Shown here: positions 49,753-58,594 of the stretch, piece after piece | Layout: every line of letters begins with the position of its first letter | Position numbering within the stretch: the first letter of the stretch is position 1 | Virus record (IMG/VR): IMGVR_UViG_3300040770_000247 | Span: 1 to 61,491 of that record | Source of the DNA: a virus | Taxonomy: Duplodnaviria; Caudoviricetes | Strand: one strand, 5' to 3' | DNA length: 61,491 nt | Translations under genes and position numbers: made by a program | Notes under the pieces: model-generated | What the model was told of the DNA's origin: nothing | What the model saw: the letters and a program-made list of their open reading frames with translations, nothing else | Databases searched by the model: none

Positions 49753-50163
49753 TCAGTAAGAAACACAGTTAGTACCTAATGCTCCTGAGAAACAGGAGGT
49801 GTATTGGTTCTTGTTGCCTGCAGTATCTCGAGAGTTTCTATCGTACTCATCACGCAAGCCTGCAAACACAGACTCAACTTCTCGGCAGTCCTCAGCACTA
49901 TAGGTGTGCTCCCTATTCAACTTGTTTACATCGGCATCCAATCTAGCACTGTCGTAAGTGAAGCCACTTAACGCTTGGCGAATCCTCTTTTGACCGTAAG
50001 CAGCAATTGTAGGGTCCATCCAACCTTGTCTATTACATTGATTTGCCGCAACCCAGAACCGGGTAAATTCCTCATACTCCCGTTCACTCATAACAGGTGT
50101 AGGGGTGCTAGCACACCCACTCAGTACAGCTCCTGCTAACAACCCTACCCATGCTTGTTTCAT
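49753..50163 (-). CDS. Lipoprotein
   Basis: Signal peptide with lipobox VLSGC. Confidence 0.8.
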   Translation of the reverse strand: MKQAWVGLLAGAVLSGCASTPTPVMSEREYEEFTRFWVAANQCNRQGWMDPTIAAYGQKRIRQALSGFTYDSARLDADVNKLNREHTYSAEDCREVESVFAGLRDEYDRNSRDTAGNKNQYTSCFSGALGTNCVSY

Positions 50164-50231
50164 ATCGCTATCCCTAAGGTAAAACGAGAGGATAGCCGAG
50201 GGCCTGCCACCAGGCCAGCCCCCTTCTGCTT

Positions 50232-50969
50232 TTATACCCAGCCGTTACGTTCCAATCGGCTATTGCGCTCGCTCTGATCTATTCGCAAGTTGGTCTGTTC
50301 CAATCGGGAACACGCGGCTTCAAACTTAGCCGCATAGTTATTGCCCTCATGGAACTGGCCCTGTGAGCCCGACACACCGATAGGGTTCATGATCCGGCTG
50401 GCCACATAGAGCAGCAGTGCTTCCAAGTGACTGTACGGCAGAGTTACTTCCACCTCATCCAAAGCAAAGTAGCCCTGCTCTTTCAAGATGATCGGATGAT
50501 TCTCTCGATACACCACAGTGACCTTCTCGCTCTTGAGATCCACCGGCAACACCAAGGTGTTGTAACTAGGCGTACGGCAGCTGGTGAGCAGCAAGTCATA
50601 CGAGTCACCGCCCTGGTTCAGCCCCAGCTCATTACCCAGGTCATCGTAAACACGTTCAATCTTGAGTACGTTGTTCTCAAACACCGCATCTGGGCTATCC
50701 AGCAGGTACTTGGTTACCCCAAAGGATTCCCGGTTGTTCTGTGCGTACTTTTTGTCCAGCACATAGGTGTTCTTGCCTGGCTCCAGCTGGATGTCGATAC
50801 GCCCCTCTTTCAGCAGGAAGCGTTTGTGCAACTCAGTCAGACCCAGGTTCACCGAGGCCAGCACGCGCTCCCAGTTGGCCTCATTGATACCAGCATCACC
50901 CGAACCACCCATGCTGATCTGGGACAACTCGCCGTAGCTCAGCTGGTCAAAGATTTCTTGTAACGTCAT
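50232..50969 (-). CDS. Head-tail adaptor (N4 gp67-like)
   Basis: QLSYGELS..NLGLTELHKRF..LEALLLYVASR..RLERNGWV. Confidence 0.85.
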   Translation of the reverse strand: MTLQEIFDQLSYGELSQISMGGSGDAGINEANWERVLASVNLGLTELHKRFLLKEGRIDIQLEPGKNTYVLDKKYAQNNRESFGVTKYLLDSPDAVFENNVLKIERVYDDLGNELGLNQGGDSYDLLLTSCRTPSYNTLVLPVDLKSEKVTVVYRENHPIILKEQGYFALDEVEVTLPYSHLEALLLYVASRIMNPIGVSGSQGQFHEGNNYAAKFEAACSRLEQTNLRIDQSERNSRLERNGWV

Positions 50970-50979
50970 TCACTTGCCC

Positions 50980-52590
50980 TCAAACAATATAGGAAGCCAT
51001 GCGGTCTTCAGGTTCATCGTCAACATCCAAGTCCCACATTCCGTCATTACCGGTGGACGCTTTAAACGTACCCACTTCCGAAGGCTTCCAAGGGTGGAGC
51101 GAGGACAACATAGAGATGGTATCAATGAAGTCGTCATGCTTGCTGCGAAACCCACTCAGGGCTACCAGGCTCAGTTCATTCACCGCTTCTGCCAACTCAA
51201 CACTCAGCTTCTTCTCCACAGGGAAGAATATCTTGCGGGCCTTGAACAACGGCACCATGGTTTGGAACCGCACCATCTTGTTGGTGTTAGGTCGGATACC
51301 GGGTCGGGTGTCGTTACCCTCACTGGCCAGCGGGAAGTAGATATTGCGTTGCAACATCTGATCCATGATCCAGCTGATAAACCCACCCTGCTGCCCAGTC
51401 ACCTCAACACCTACCTGCTGGGGCTTGTACATCTGAGCCAGCCTAAAGAGATCATCAATGTTCTTGTTCATCAGCTGGCGCTTGCACACCCCATCCACCC
51501 ACAGCCAATCACCCACATTGTTGTAGGCCCACACACTGATCACGCTGTAGTCAGCGCTCTGCTTCTCACTCGTAGCAAAGTCAGTGGTGATATAGAAGTT
51601 GAACAGGCCCTTGTTACGCAGGACCGCATCGATCTTGTACCAGCCAATGTCGTGATCCATGATCACGCGATCGTCTTCACTCATGATCCGTAGCATGAGC
51701 TCCTGGTTAAAGGTCTCGACCATACCCAGCTGCATAGCCATATCGTACTGCTGTTTCACGTACTCATAGGGGAATCGATCAGGCCAGCTACCCCGGAAGT
51801 CCTCCTTGCTACAGGGGAACTGCTCACACACCGGGAACACGTTGACCTGCCAGGCCCCCGACTCCACCGCCTTATACAAAGGGTCCTTGGCGTTAAAGGG
51901 GGTACCCGACCAGATGATCATGTTGGCAGTAGGGTGCAGGGCATAGGTCACTGCCTTGTACACAGTGGCCTCTACCGCAGCGATTACTGTAGGCGAGCGC
52001 GCATCATCATCACTGAACAAGTCATCGAGCACTGCCAGCTCGGGCCGTTGCCCCATCTCTTTAGCACCCCGCACACCCGTCTTCGCGCCATAGCCTTTGA
52101 CAATAAACATCTTGCCGTCAGCGTTCTCAAACTCCCAACGAATATCCGTGAAGTGCTTGCGCGGCACGTACTCTTTTAAGAACTCAGAGTTTTCATAACG
52201 GAACTCCAAGTTCTTACGCATGTTCTTCACGCCGTTCTCAATGGAGTCCGACACATACAAGGCTAGGTTGACCATGCCAAACCCAGGGATCTCCCCATAG
52301 GTGGCGATGTACAAGAACAGGTACTCACCCATCACCGTAGTCTTAGCGATACCCCGGTGGCACAGGTTGATCACCCGCCGCCCACCTTCAGTGATTGTGT
52401 CCAACATCTTGTAGTGCACAAGGGGGGTTAGGTTTTCCTCCCCCTTTGCCCCATTCACCAGCTTGATGAACGTGACGAACTCCAGGGCAAAGTCGCTAGG
52501 CACATAGCCAGGATCAACTGAGTACTTAGTGTTATTGAGATAATCTTCTACCTTCCATGGAGCCAGTACTTCGGCTATATGATCGACCAT
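50980..52590 (-). CDS. terL: Terminase large subunit (N4 gp68-like)
   Basis: CHRGIAKTT, VLDDL, GTPFN, TDFATSE, HDDFIDT. Confidence 0.95.
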   Translation of the reverse strand: MVDHIAEVLAPWKVEDYLNNTKYSVDPGYVPSDFALEFVTFIKLVNGAKGEENLTPLVHYKMLDTITEGGRRVINLCHRGIAKTTVMGEYLFLYIATYGEIPGFGMVNLALYVSDSIENGVKNMRKNLEFRYENSEFLKEYVPRKHFTDIRWEFENADGKMFIVKGYGAKTGVRGAKEMGQRPELAVLDDLFSDDDARSPTVIAAVEATVYKAVTYALHPTANMIIWSGTPFNAKDPLYKAVESGAWQVNVFPVCEQFPCSKEDFRGSWPDRFPYEYVKQQYDMAMQLGMVETFNQELMLRIMSEDDRVIMDHDIGWYKIDAVLRNKGLFNFYITTDFATSEKQSADYSVISVWAYNNVGDWLWVDGVCKRQLMNKNIDDLFRLAQMYKPQQVGVEVTGQQGGFISWIMDQMLQRNIYFPLASEGNDTRPGIRPNTNKMVRFQTMVPLFKARKIFFPVEKKLSVELAEAVNELSLVALSGFRSKHDDFIDTISMLSSLHPWKPSEVGTFKASTGNDGMWDLDVDDEPEDRMASYIV

Positions 52591-52701
52591 TTATCCCCCT
52601 TAGGTAAGCGCACCAACACCTGGTACGGGGAACGAGCCGCCACCCTCAGCTCTGGCAGGGCCGGGTTCACAACCCAAGCCAGTAAAGCTAACACCACATA
52701 C

Positions 52702-52890
52702 TCAAGCCTCATGGGTAAACCCCCGGTCAATGAATGCCGAGGCCGCAGCAGCACCCTCAAAGAAGCCATAGCCATTACCCAGTCGAGGCCTGCGTGTGCC
52801 CATCATCCACAGATGCTCCGGCCCACTGGCCAAAGCTAGTACTTGCGCAACCCCACCGGTTGCCTTGTAGGCGTAGAACCAAGTCTTCAT
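52702..52890 (-). CDS. Hypothetical protein
   Basis: ATGA-coupled in the terminase operon. Confidence 0.5.
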   Translation of the reverse strand: MKTWFYAYKATGGVAQVLALASGPEHLWMMGTRRPRLGNGYGFFEGAAAASAFIDRGFTHEA

Positions 52891-53150
52891 GGCTTTCTCC
52901 GCGCCAGGCCTGCAGTTTCTTCAGGTGCCGCAAGTGCAGCCGCCTCAAGCACCCTCTTCAATCTAAGCTCCAGGTCGCGCACTTCTCTCTTGTAGAAATC
53001 CACCTTACGGTGAAAGTGCTCGATCACTACTAAGCGCGAGCACACTGTTTGCAGGATCACCCTTTCCCACCAAGGCTTCTTTTCATAAAAGCCCCGATTA
53101 TCCTGACGGCCCCTAATCCAGTTAAACAACACTTCAGTTACTGACTTCAT
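52887..53150 (-). CDS. Hypothetical protein
   Basis: ATGA-coupled to terS. Confidence 0.55.
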   Translation of the reverse strand: MKSVTEVLFNWIRGRQDNRGFYEKKPWWERVILQTVCSRLVVIEHFHRKVDFYKREVRDLELRLKRVLEAAALAAPEETAGLARRKP

Positions 53151-53830
53151 GCAATACGCTCCCCTTCAATGATCTTGCTATGTGCCACCTGTTGCGCATT
53201 CATTGCACCGGACTCCATCATCATTCTTTGCTCACGGGCCAAGGCCATGGTTGCTTCGCGCAGCGCACCAATAGAACTGTCTTCCTTCACCCCGATATTC
53301 AACTCAACCTTCTGGGTCTCAGGCATCTTCAAGTGCGTGAGCAAACTATTGGCCGCATCACTACGCACCTTCTCACTATTAGCCGACACCATAAGTTCGG
53401 CCTGCACATTCAACGCCTTCTGGTACAAGTCCTGGTTCAACACATAGTGAGGAATCAGCGTCTGCTCAAAGATCAAGTTCACTAACTTGCTCTTGTTATA
53501 TGCTGTTACATACGACGCTATGTCTTTACCTGAAACCCCCTGAGCAGTGAACCGAGCAATCTTCCCAGGGAAGGTCTTGCTGTAAGCATCGATATTGGTA
53601 CAGCCCATCAGCTTATGACTGACGTACTTCACTGCATCAATGTAGTTAGGAATCTTGAACTTACCGTCAGCCATCACCTTGGTATAACTCAACAGGTTAT
53701 CCCGGTAAGCCTCGTACAGTTCAGGTTCAGCCAGAGTCAGATTGATCTGGTCAATCAACTCCTGGTTCAGACTCTTCTTCACCCGGTCAGGTAAAGCAGC
53801 TTTCAACTCTTCAACAGTGAGTGCAGTCAT
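53147..53830 (-). CDS. terS: Terminase small subunit (N4 gp69-like)
   Basis: AVKYVSHKLMG...YNKSKLVN..SEKVRSDAANSLLTHLK. Confidence 0.85.
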   Translation of the reverse strand: MTALTVEELKAALPDRVKKSLNQELIDQINLTLAEPELYEAYRDNLLSYTKVMADGKFKIPNYIDAVKYVSHKLMGCTNIDAYSKTFPGKIARFTAQGVSGKDIASYVTAYNKSKLVNLIFEQTLIPHYVLNQDLYQKALNVQAELMVSANSEKVRSDAANSLLTHLKMPETQKVELNIGVKEDSSIGALREATMALAREQRMMMESGAMNAQQVAHSKIIEGERIA

Positions 53831-53995
53831 ATTCAAGTCCGGTACTTAGTGTATCGGGTGAATATAGTATGAAGAGTGTGGAACTCTGAAATTTTATTAT
53901 TTTGAGATGCAGGTTTTTTGGAATTTTATAAAATGGGTACGAGTTCATTACTTACTGAGGGGCACAATCAAAATCAACAACCCCCCCCTCACACA

Positions 53996-54016
53996 GCGCC
54001 TACGGCGCAAATACAG
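53996..54016 (+). promoter_or_regulatory. vRNAP hairpin promoter 1
   Basis: GCGCC-TAC-GGCGC-AAATACAG. Confidence 0.75.
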
Positions 54017-54051
54017 AGGCACCACCCCGGTGCCGGTACGGAGTACGCAAC

Positions 54052-54228
54052 ATGAAACAAACATGGAATGATATCTGGGCCATCCTCAGCCAGTTCATCA
54101 GCGGTACCAGCCACTACGTCGGCGTCTACGCCAAGGTCGGCCAGTACGCAGAGGAGTCTATCGACTCCTTAATCAAGGAGGCTCGCATCGAGTCCGCCAA
54201 AGAGCTCAAAGCTCTCGAGTCCCTCTAA
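54052..54228 (+). CDS. First early protein, 58 aa (not in ORF track)
   Basis: GGAG RBS; MKQTWNDIWAILSQFISG...KALESL; between promoter 1 and a TTCG terminator. Confidence 0.7.
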   Translation: MKQTWNDIWAILSQFISGTSHYVGVYAKVGQYAEESIDSLIKEARIESAKELKALESL

Positions 54229-54234
54229 CACCTA

Positions 54235-54256
54235 GCCACCCTTCGGGGTGGCTTTA
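54235..54256 (+). terminator. Early terminator
   Basis: GCCACCC-TTCG-GGGTGGC-TTT. Confidence 0.7.
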
Positions 54257-54455
54257 AAACTAAGCACACATAAGTGCACACAACAAGAACAGAGATAGTC
54301 AGTTCTTAGATAGACAGAGATAAGAACACACCCTGAGGCAGTACTGCAGGTACACAGGCAGTACCTCAGTTACTCCTTATCCTATGTGTTCAGTGTGTGT
54401 TCCTTCACTCCTTTTCCTACATTCATCATACCGATACTCACCCGATACATTGTAT

Positions 54456-54476
54456 GCAACTACGTTGCAAAGGCAG
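54456..54476 (+). promoter_or_regulatory. vRNAP hairpin promoter 2
   Basis: GCAAC-TAC-GTTGC-AAAGGCAG. Confidence 0.75.
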
Positions 54477-54518
54477 TGACAGAGCTCTCTGTCTATAACT
54501 CAAGAATGAGGTGTCTGC

Positions 54519-54695
54519 ATGAATGTTAAAGACCGCGTGTTCGTCCCAATGGATGAGGCAGCCTTAATGATTACTGTATTCAACGAGGATGAAATCCTCT
54601 TCGTTGAAGTGTTTGAAGACAACAGCAGTGTTACTGCTGCTGAAAATTGGTATGCCTCATTGGGCTTTGGTGTATGCAAGGAAACAGTCGTATGA
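54519..54695 (+). CDS. Small acidic early protein, 58 aa (not in ORF track)
   Basis: GAGGTG RBS; MNVKDRVFVPMDEAALM...CKETVV. Confidence 0.65.
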   Translation: MNVKDRVFVPMDEAALMITVFNEDEILFVEVFEDNSSVTAAENWYASLGFGVCKETVV

Positions 54696-54814
54696 CTGTT
54701 ATCCGTGGCAGCTCTTTCCAAGTCTGTATTAACCAGGTCTTATCTAAAGGTCTTGGTATCCCAGATAGCACCATCAAGGCCAATGGCCAATGGCGCTTCC
54801 TTTACCTGAACTAA
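54692..54814 (+). CDS. Small early protein, 40 aa (not in ORF track)
   Basis: AAGGA RBS, ATGA overlap; MTVIRGSSFQ...WRFLYLN. Confidence 0.55.
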   Translation: MTVIRGSSFQVCINQVLSKGLGIPDSTIKANGQWRFLYLN

Positions 54815-54860
54815 CCTAGGGCCACTATTCAGTGGCTCTACACTTATCAAGGAAGACCGT

Positions 54861-55043
54861 ATGACCGCTATATACCGTATCTACTTCGCTTTGCTCATCG
54901 TGCCGATGATCAAGCGTGTTGCACCGGCTGCAAGAGGGTGTGCTGACGCGTATGTAAGCGTCATGTGGGACATTGAGGATATGCCGACACTTAGTCGGCG
55001 TATGTGCAAACAGCGACTGCATCGTGAGATGTGGAAGCGGTGA
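54861..55043 (+). CDS. Small early protein
   Basis: AAGGAAG RBS; followed by a hairpin. Confidence 0.6.
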   Translation: MTAIYRIYFALLIVPMIKRVAPAARGCADAYVSVMWDIEDMPTLSRRMCKQRLHREMWKR

Positions 55044-55085
55044 TCCATGGCCATCCTTAGGGGTGGCCTTATTGCTTTTAAGAGC

Positions 55086-55106
55086 GCAACTACGTTGCAA
55101 AGTCAG
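55086..55106 (+). promoter_or_regulatory. vRNAP hairpin promoter 3
   Basis: GCAAC-TAC-GTTGC-AAAGTCAG. Confidence 0.75.
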
Positions 55107-55138
55107 GGCGCTCTTGCCCTCTCATTAGGAGTCGCCTC

Positions 55139-55384
55139 ATGGCCACTAAAGCCGAGCTGCAAGTTGAAGTAACCCGTCTCATGGCTGTTGTTGAGCAACT
55201 CCGTGAGGATGTTGCCCAATTCAGTCACGGTGAAGATAACTTCATCAGTGAGATAATGGCCCTCAATGCCCAACTGGCAGAGAAGTCCGAGATGGTTGTT
55301 GTTGCTCCAACCGCCTCACGCAAGCAGCTAATGGCTGCTGCGAAGGCTCATGCAATGACCACAGGCCGCTGTGTGCGTGTCTGA
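55139..55384 (+). CDS. Early coiled-coil protein
   Basis: AGGAG RBS; heptad pattern. Confidence 0.7.
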   Translation: MATKAELQVEVTRLMAVVEQLREDVAQFSHGEDNFISEIMALNAQLAEKSEMVVVAPTASRKQLMAAAKAHAMTTGRCVRV

Positions 55385-55433
55385 AAATGGGGGAGCTTTG
55401 CTCCCCTTTGCTTTATTACATAAGGAACTTCGT

Positions 55434-55691
55434 ATGCGCGTAGTCATCCATGTACCTGATTCACTGTTTCCAGCCGAGTACACCTTAGAAGGTGAGATCG
55501 ACGTACTCGTTGAAAAGGAAGTTGAGTACCTACTCAACAGGGGTTCTCAGGACTTTAAAAAAGGCCTGCTGCTGTGCCGAGAGTTGGGCATTGCTGTGCA
55601 TGAGTACTACCCGGAATCGGGCAATGTAGGTTCTCAACATAAAACCAACATCCAGTGCCCTAAGGCACATCCAGATATCTGGAATAACTAA
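55434..55691 (+). CDS. Early hypothetical protein
   Basis: AAGGA RBS before MRVVIHVPD; followed by a terminator. Confidence 0.6.
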   Translation: MRVVIHVPDSLFPAEYTLEGEIDVLVEKEVEYLLNRGSQDFKKGLLLCRELGIAVHEYYPESGNVGSQHKTNIQCPKAHPDIWNN

Positions 55692-55742
55692 CACTAACCA
55701 CCTTCGGGTGGTTTTGTTTTTAAAAGCACACAAGCTAAAGGC

Positions 55743-55763
55743 GAGCCTACGGCTCAAAGATAG
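55743..55763 (+). promoter_or_regulatory. vRNAP hairpin promoter 4
   Basis: GAGCC-TAC-GGCTC-AAAGATAG. Confidence 0.75.
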
Positions 55764-55941
55764 GAGCAAGGGCAAGAGCAACAGAGCCCCTTGTTTCCTC
55801 TTCGCAGATTGATCCCTGCTTAGTACTACGGCTTTGATCAAGCACCGGTGGATTGGTAATCCACTGCGACCCTACTGCCTAACCAGCCAAGCCAGTGGAA
55901 TTCTGGTAACAACCCCTTCTTCGGAAGGGGTTTGTTCTTTT
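55760..55941 (+). ncRNA. Candidate structured early non-coding RNA
   Basis: Own hairpin promoter and TTCG terminator; no ATG; three internal stems. Confidence 0.5.
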
Positions 55942-56025
55942 AAAAGCACACAGTCAAAAGCGCTGTGCCCTCTCTATCGCGTACACCCTTTAAAGCCAGT
56001 CAGTCAGTTACCAAAGATCAGAGGC

Positions 56026-56046
56026 GGCGCTACGCGCCAAATACAA
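56026..56046 (+). promoter_or_regulatory. vRNAP hairpin promoter 5
   Basis: GGCGC-TAC-GCGCC-AAATACAA. Confidence 0.75.
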
Positions 56047-56094
56047 GGCTACAAGCGAATGACTCGTTTGGCCAAAACTACTGGAGATACACCC

Positions 56095-56367
56095 ATGTCT
56101 TTTAACACCGGCGTACAGCGTAACCAGAACACCAATGCCGCTCAGCAGAATGACAGCTGGAAGGCTCAGGCTTTCATCAATATCTATGTGCCTACGCCTG
56201 AAGGCGGTAAGCGCAAGTTGGGTTCGATCCCCCTGAAAGACAGCAAGCAGTTCGATGCCAAGATGATTGAGCGTCTGAACCAAGAAGGCGGTCTGGAGGC
56301 ATTGCGTGATGCCCTGATCATCGATTTCCAAATGGCAGATAAAGAAGTCTCTTCAGTAGGCTTCTAA
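56095..56367 (+). CDS. N4 gp1/gp2-like early protein (possible RNAP II cofactor)
   Basis: GGAG RBS; KAQAFINIYV...GSIPL motif recalls N4 early proteins. Confidence 0.6.
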   Translation: MSFNTGVQRNQNTNAAQQNDSWKAQAFINIYVPTPEGGKRKLGSIPLKDSKQFDAKMIERLNQEGGLEALRDALIIDFQMADKEVSSVGF

Positions 56368-56423
56368 GCCTCTTTCCCTGCACCCATTCGGGTGTGGGGT
56401 TATTTATTCACAAGGAAGAAACC

Positions 56424-56660
56424 ATGGAATCTCCCAACGTATACACACGCCATACCAAGCTGAATAGCATCCTCTTGGATGGCTGGAGCATGGGCTTTCA
56501 ACCTGACCAGACACTGCGCGAAGCCAGTGCAGCAGGCTATGCACTCTGTGTTGTAGAGCCTAAACTAAATGCTTACTGGGGCCGTCTTGATGCTGAAGTG
56601 AATGCGTTCATGAAGGCACATGAACCCACGTACGCACCTGATCCATTCCCCTTCAAATAA
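56424..56660 (+). CDS. Early hypothetical protein
   Basis: AAGGAAGAAACC-ATG initiation region. Confidence 0.65.
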   Translation: MESPNVYTRHTKLNSILLDGWSMGFQPDQTLREASAAGYALCVVEPKLNAYWGRLDAEVNAFMKAHEPTYAPDPFPFK

Positions 56661-56670
56661 GGAAGAAACC

Positions 56671-57035
56671 ATGAACCAGCAAGTTGCTGTACTGACCAAA
56701 CACTTCACTCAGTGGATGCAAGAAAGTGTCTTTGAATTTGATGAAGACTTTCGTTTCAGGCAAGCAAAACGTCTGCTGCTGGCCAATGGGGTAAGTCTCA
56801 GTATCCAAGCCAGTCAGTACGCTTACTGCTACCCAAGAGAGATCCTTCCTTACGCACAGTACAGTACAGTAAGTTTGAAGTGGGCTACCCCTCTGAAGTA
56901 ATAGAGGCTCTGATGCCCTATTGCGAAGATTCTAATAGGCCCACTGAAACAGTCTATGGGTATGTACCACTTGAGGTACTGGACGCTTACATAGCCTCTG
57001 TAGGCGGTGTGACAGGGTATGCAGAACCAGGTTAA
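56671..57035 (+). pseudogene. Conserved phage protein frameshifted by an extra ACAGT unit
   Basis: SLSIQAS..YCYPR in one frame and FEVGYPS..LMPYCED..PTETVYGYVP..GG in another; (ACAGT)3 at 56856-56870. Confidence 0.75.
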
Positions 57036-57139
57036 CCAGAGCCCCGATTAAGGGGCTCATTCATTTCAGTGAGATAGGCAGAAGCGTCCCGCTTTGGGAT
57101 GACGTGGGCCTATGCCCGGCATTCAGTAAGGAAGCCAGC

Positions 57140-57403
57140 ATGACTTATCTAGTACTGGCAGTTCACATGAACTCCCGACAACTGTTCCCCATTGAGCTCC
57201 ATGGCAAATACATATCCGCTGCCTATTCAGCTGCACTTCGCATTTCCACATCAAACGCACAGACATACCTTTACAAACCTGATGGTAAGAACTGGTACTC
57301 GTACAGGCATGAACCTGGCCGAGAACTTATAAACCGCTGGTCTTTTATCCATGAATCAGAAATACCCGTAGAACTCAGAGCCATAGCCCTACTTCACAAT
57401 TAG
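57140..57403 (+). CDS. Small early protein, shared C-terminal motif family
   Basis: Ends IPVELRAIALLHN. Confidence 0.7.
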   Translation: MTYLVLAVHMNSRQLFPIELHGKYISAAYSAALRISTSNAQTYLYKPDGKNWYSYRHEPGRELINRWSFIHESEIPVELRAIALLHN

Positions 57404-57413
57404 GAGAACACCC

Positions 57414-58325
57414 ATGAATGCTCCCGTACGCATGCTGCCTACTGATATTCAGTTGGCCAATGAATACCGTTTCAACCGTAAGCACGTAGATGGCTACTTG
57501 AAGCGTGAGCTGCTGGAGCATCAAGACAATGCAGCCATGCTGGCCATGGGTGTTGAGCTCATCAATGAATGGCGTAGCCAAGAGTATTACGCCAGTAAGA
57601 ATGCACGACTCGCACAGCTTGAGCTGTTGGATATTGCAGACCTTGTTCTTCAGATATTCTTGCAGTGTGGCTACTGCCAGAAGGAAGAGTTACTGACTTC
57701 TGTATCCGCCCAGCTGGCGGGACGCCTGCGCTTCAGTGATAAGCCAGAAGCCCTAACTACCATTGCTGAAATGCTCGCTGTGCTGTGTCAGACAGATGCC
57801 TTTGACATCAACAAAGCAGACCGTCAGGCCTCGCTGATGCTGGTGTCGAACCTCCACTTCAGTGAGGAGGTGAGGGGCTTTATCTATAATGCGACGTTCT
57901 TGCCTCCACTTGTCTGTGTGCCTGAACTGGTCACCAACAACCACCAGAGTGGCTACCTGACCCACAACGATTCGTTGATCTTGGGTAAAGGGAATCACCA
58001 CGATGGTGATGTCTGTCTGGACGTTATCAACCTGCAAAACCAGATCCCTCTTAGCCTGTCTCTGGACTTCCTGAAGTCCTGTGAGATGGAACCTAAAGAG
58101 GTGCTTACCACCGGTGAGCAGCTGGAGCAGTGGCACCAGTTCAAGACCCAAGCCAATGAGCTGATGATCCTTCTGGTCAACCAGGGCAACCGTATACACC
58201 TCACCCACAAGGTGGATTGCCGCGGTCGTCTGTACTCGGTTGGCTATCACATCAACACGCAAGGTACTGCCTTTCAGAAGGCAGCCCTTGAGCTGGCAGA
58301 TGAAGAGATCGTGGAGGGTGTATGA
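57414..58325 (+). CDS. RNA polymerase II subunit 1 (N4 gp15-like)
   Basis: LPPLVCVP, SLILGKGNHH, THKVDCRGRLYSVGYHINTQG. Confidence 0.92.
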   Translation: MNAPVRMLPTDIQLANEYRFNRKHVDGYLKRELLEHQDNAAMLAMGVELINEWRSQEYYASKNARLAQLELLDIADLVLQIFLQCGYCQKEELLTSVSAQLAGRLRFSDKPEALTTIAEMLAVLCQTDAFDINKADRQASLMLVSNLHFSEEVRGFIYNATFLPPLVCVPELVTNNHQSGYLTHNDSLILGKGNHHDGDVCLDVINLQNQIPLSLSLDFLKSCEMEPKEVLTTGEQLEQWHQFKTQANELMILLVNQGNRIHLTHKVDCRGRLYSVGYHINTQGTAFQKAALELADEEIVEGV

Positions 58326-58594
58326 AGCGTAAAGAACTGGTCATCTGGACAGAAGACGGGCACCTGACTGGCCGAGTGTTTGATAGTTCAGGTGCTGTGG
58401 ACGAGTTCCTTGGAGGGTGGTCAGAGCCTGCAACAGAACCCATTTGGAATCTGGTTGTTGGTGAACGTTGGTACACCAGCAAAAACCCGAAAGGAGGCCT
58501 CTATCAACCCAGTGATGGCCCTGACTATCTGTTCACAGTATCACCTGAAATGATGCCTCCAGAAGTCAGGGCCTTGGCCCTGCTGCTGTTATGA
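58322..58594 (+). CDS. Small protein, shared C-terminal motif family
   Basis: Ends MPPEVRALALLLL. Confidence 0.7.
   Translation: MKRKELVIWTEDGHLTGRVFDSSGAVDEFLGGWSEPATEPIWNLVVGERWYTSKNPKGGLYQPSDGPDYLFTVSPEMMPPEVRALALLLL

Noticed and set aside
53990-56050. CRISPR-like array from recurring hairpins
   Set aside because: Spacing is irregular and repeats are not identical; better explained as promoters and terminators; no cas genes
55834-56094. TTG-started N-terminal extension of the gp1/gp2-like ORF
   Set aside because: Runs through a terminator and a promoter; the RBS-supported start is ATG 56095
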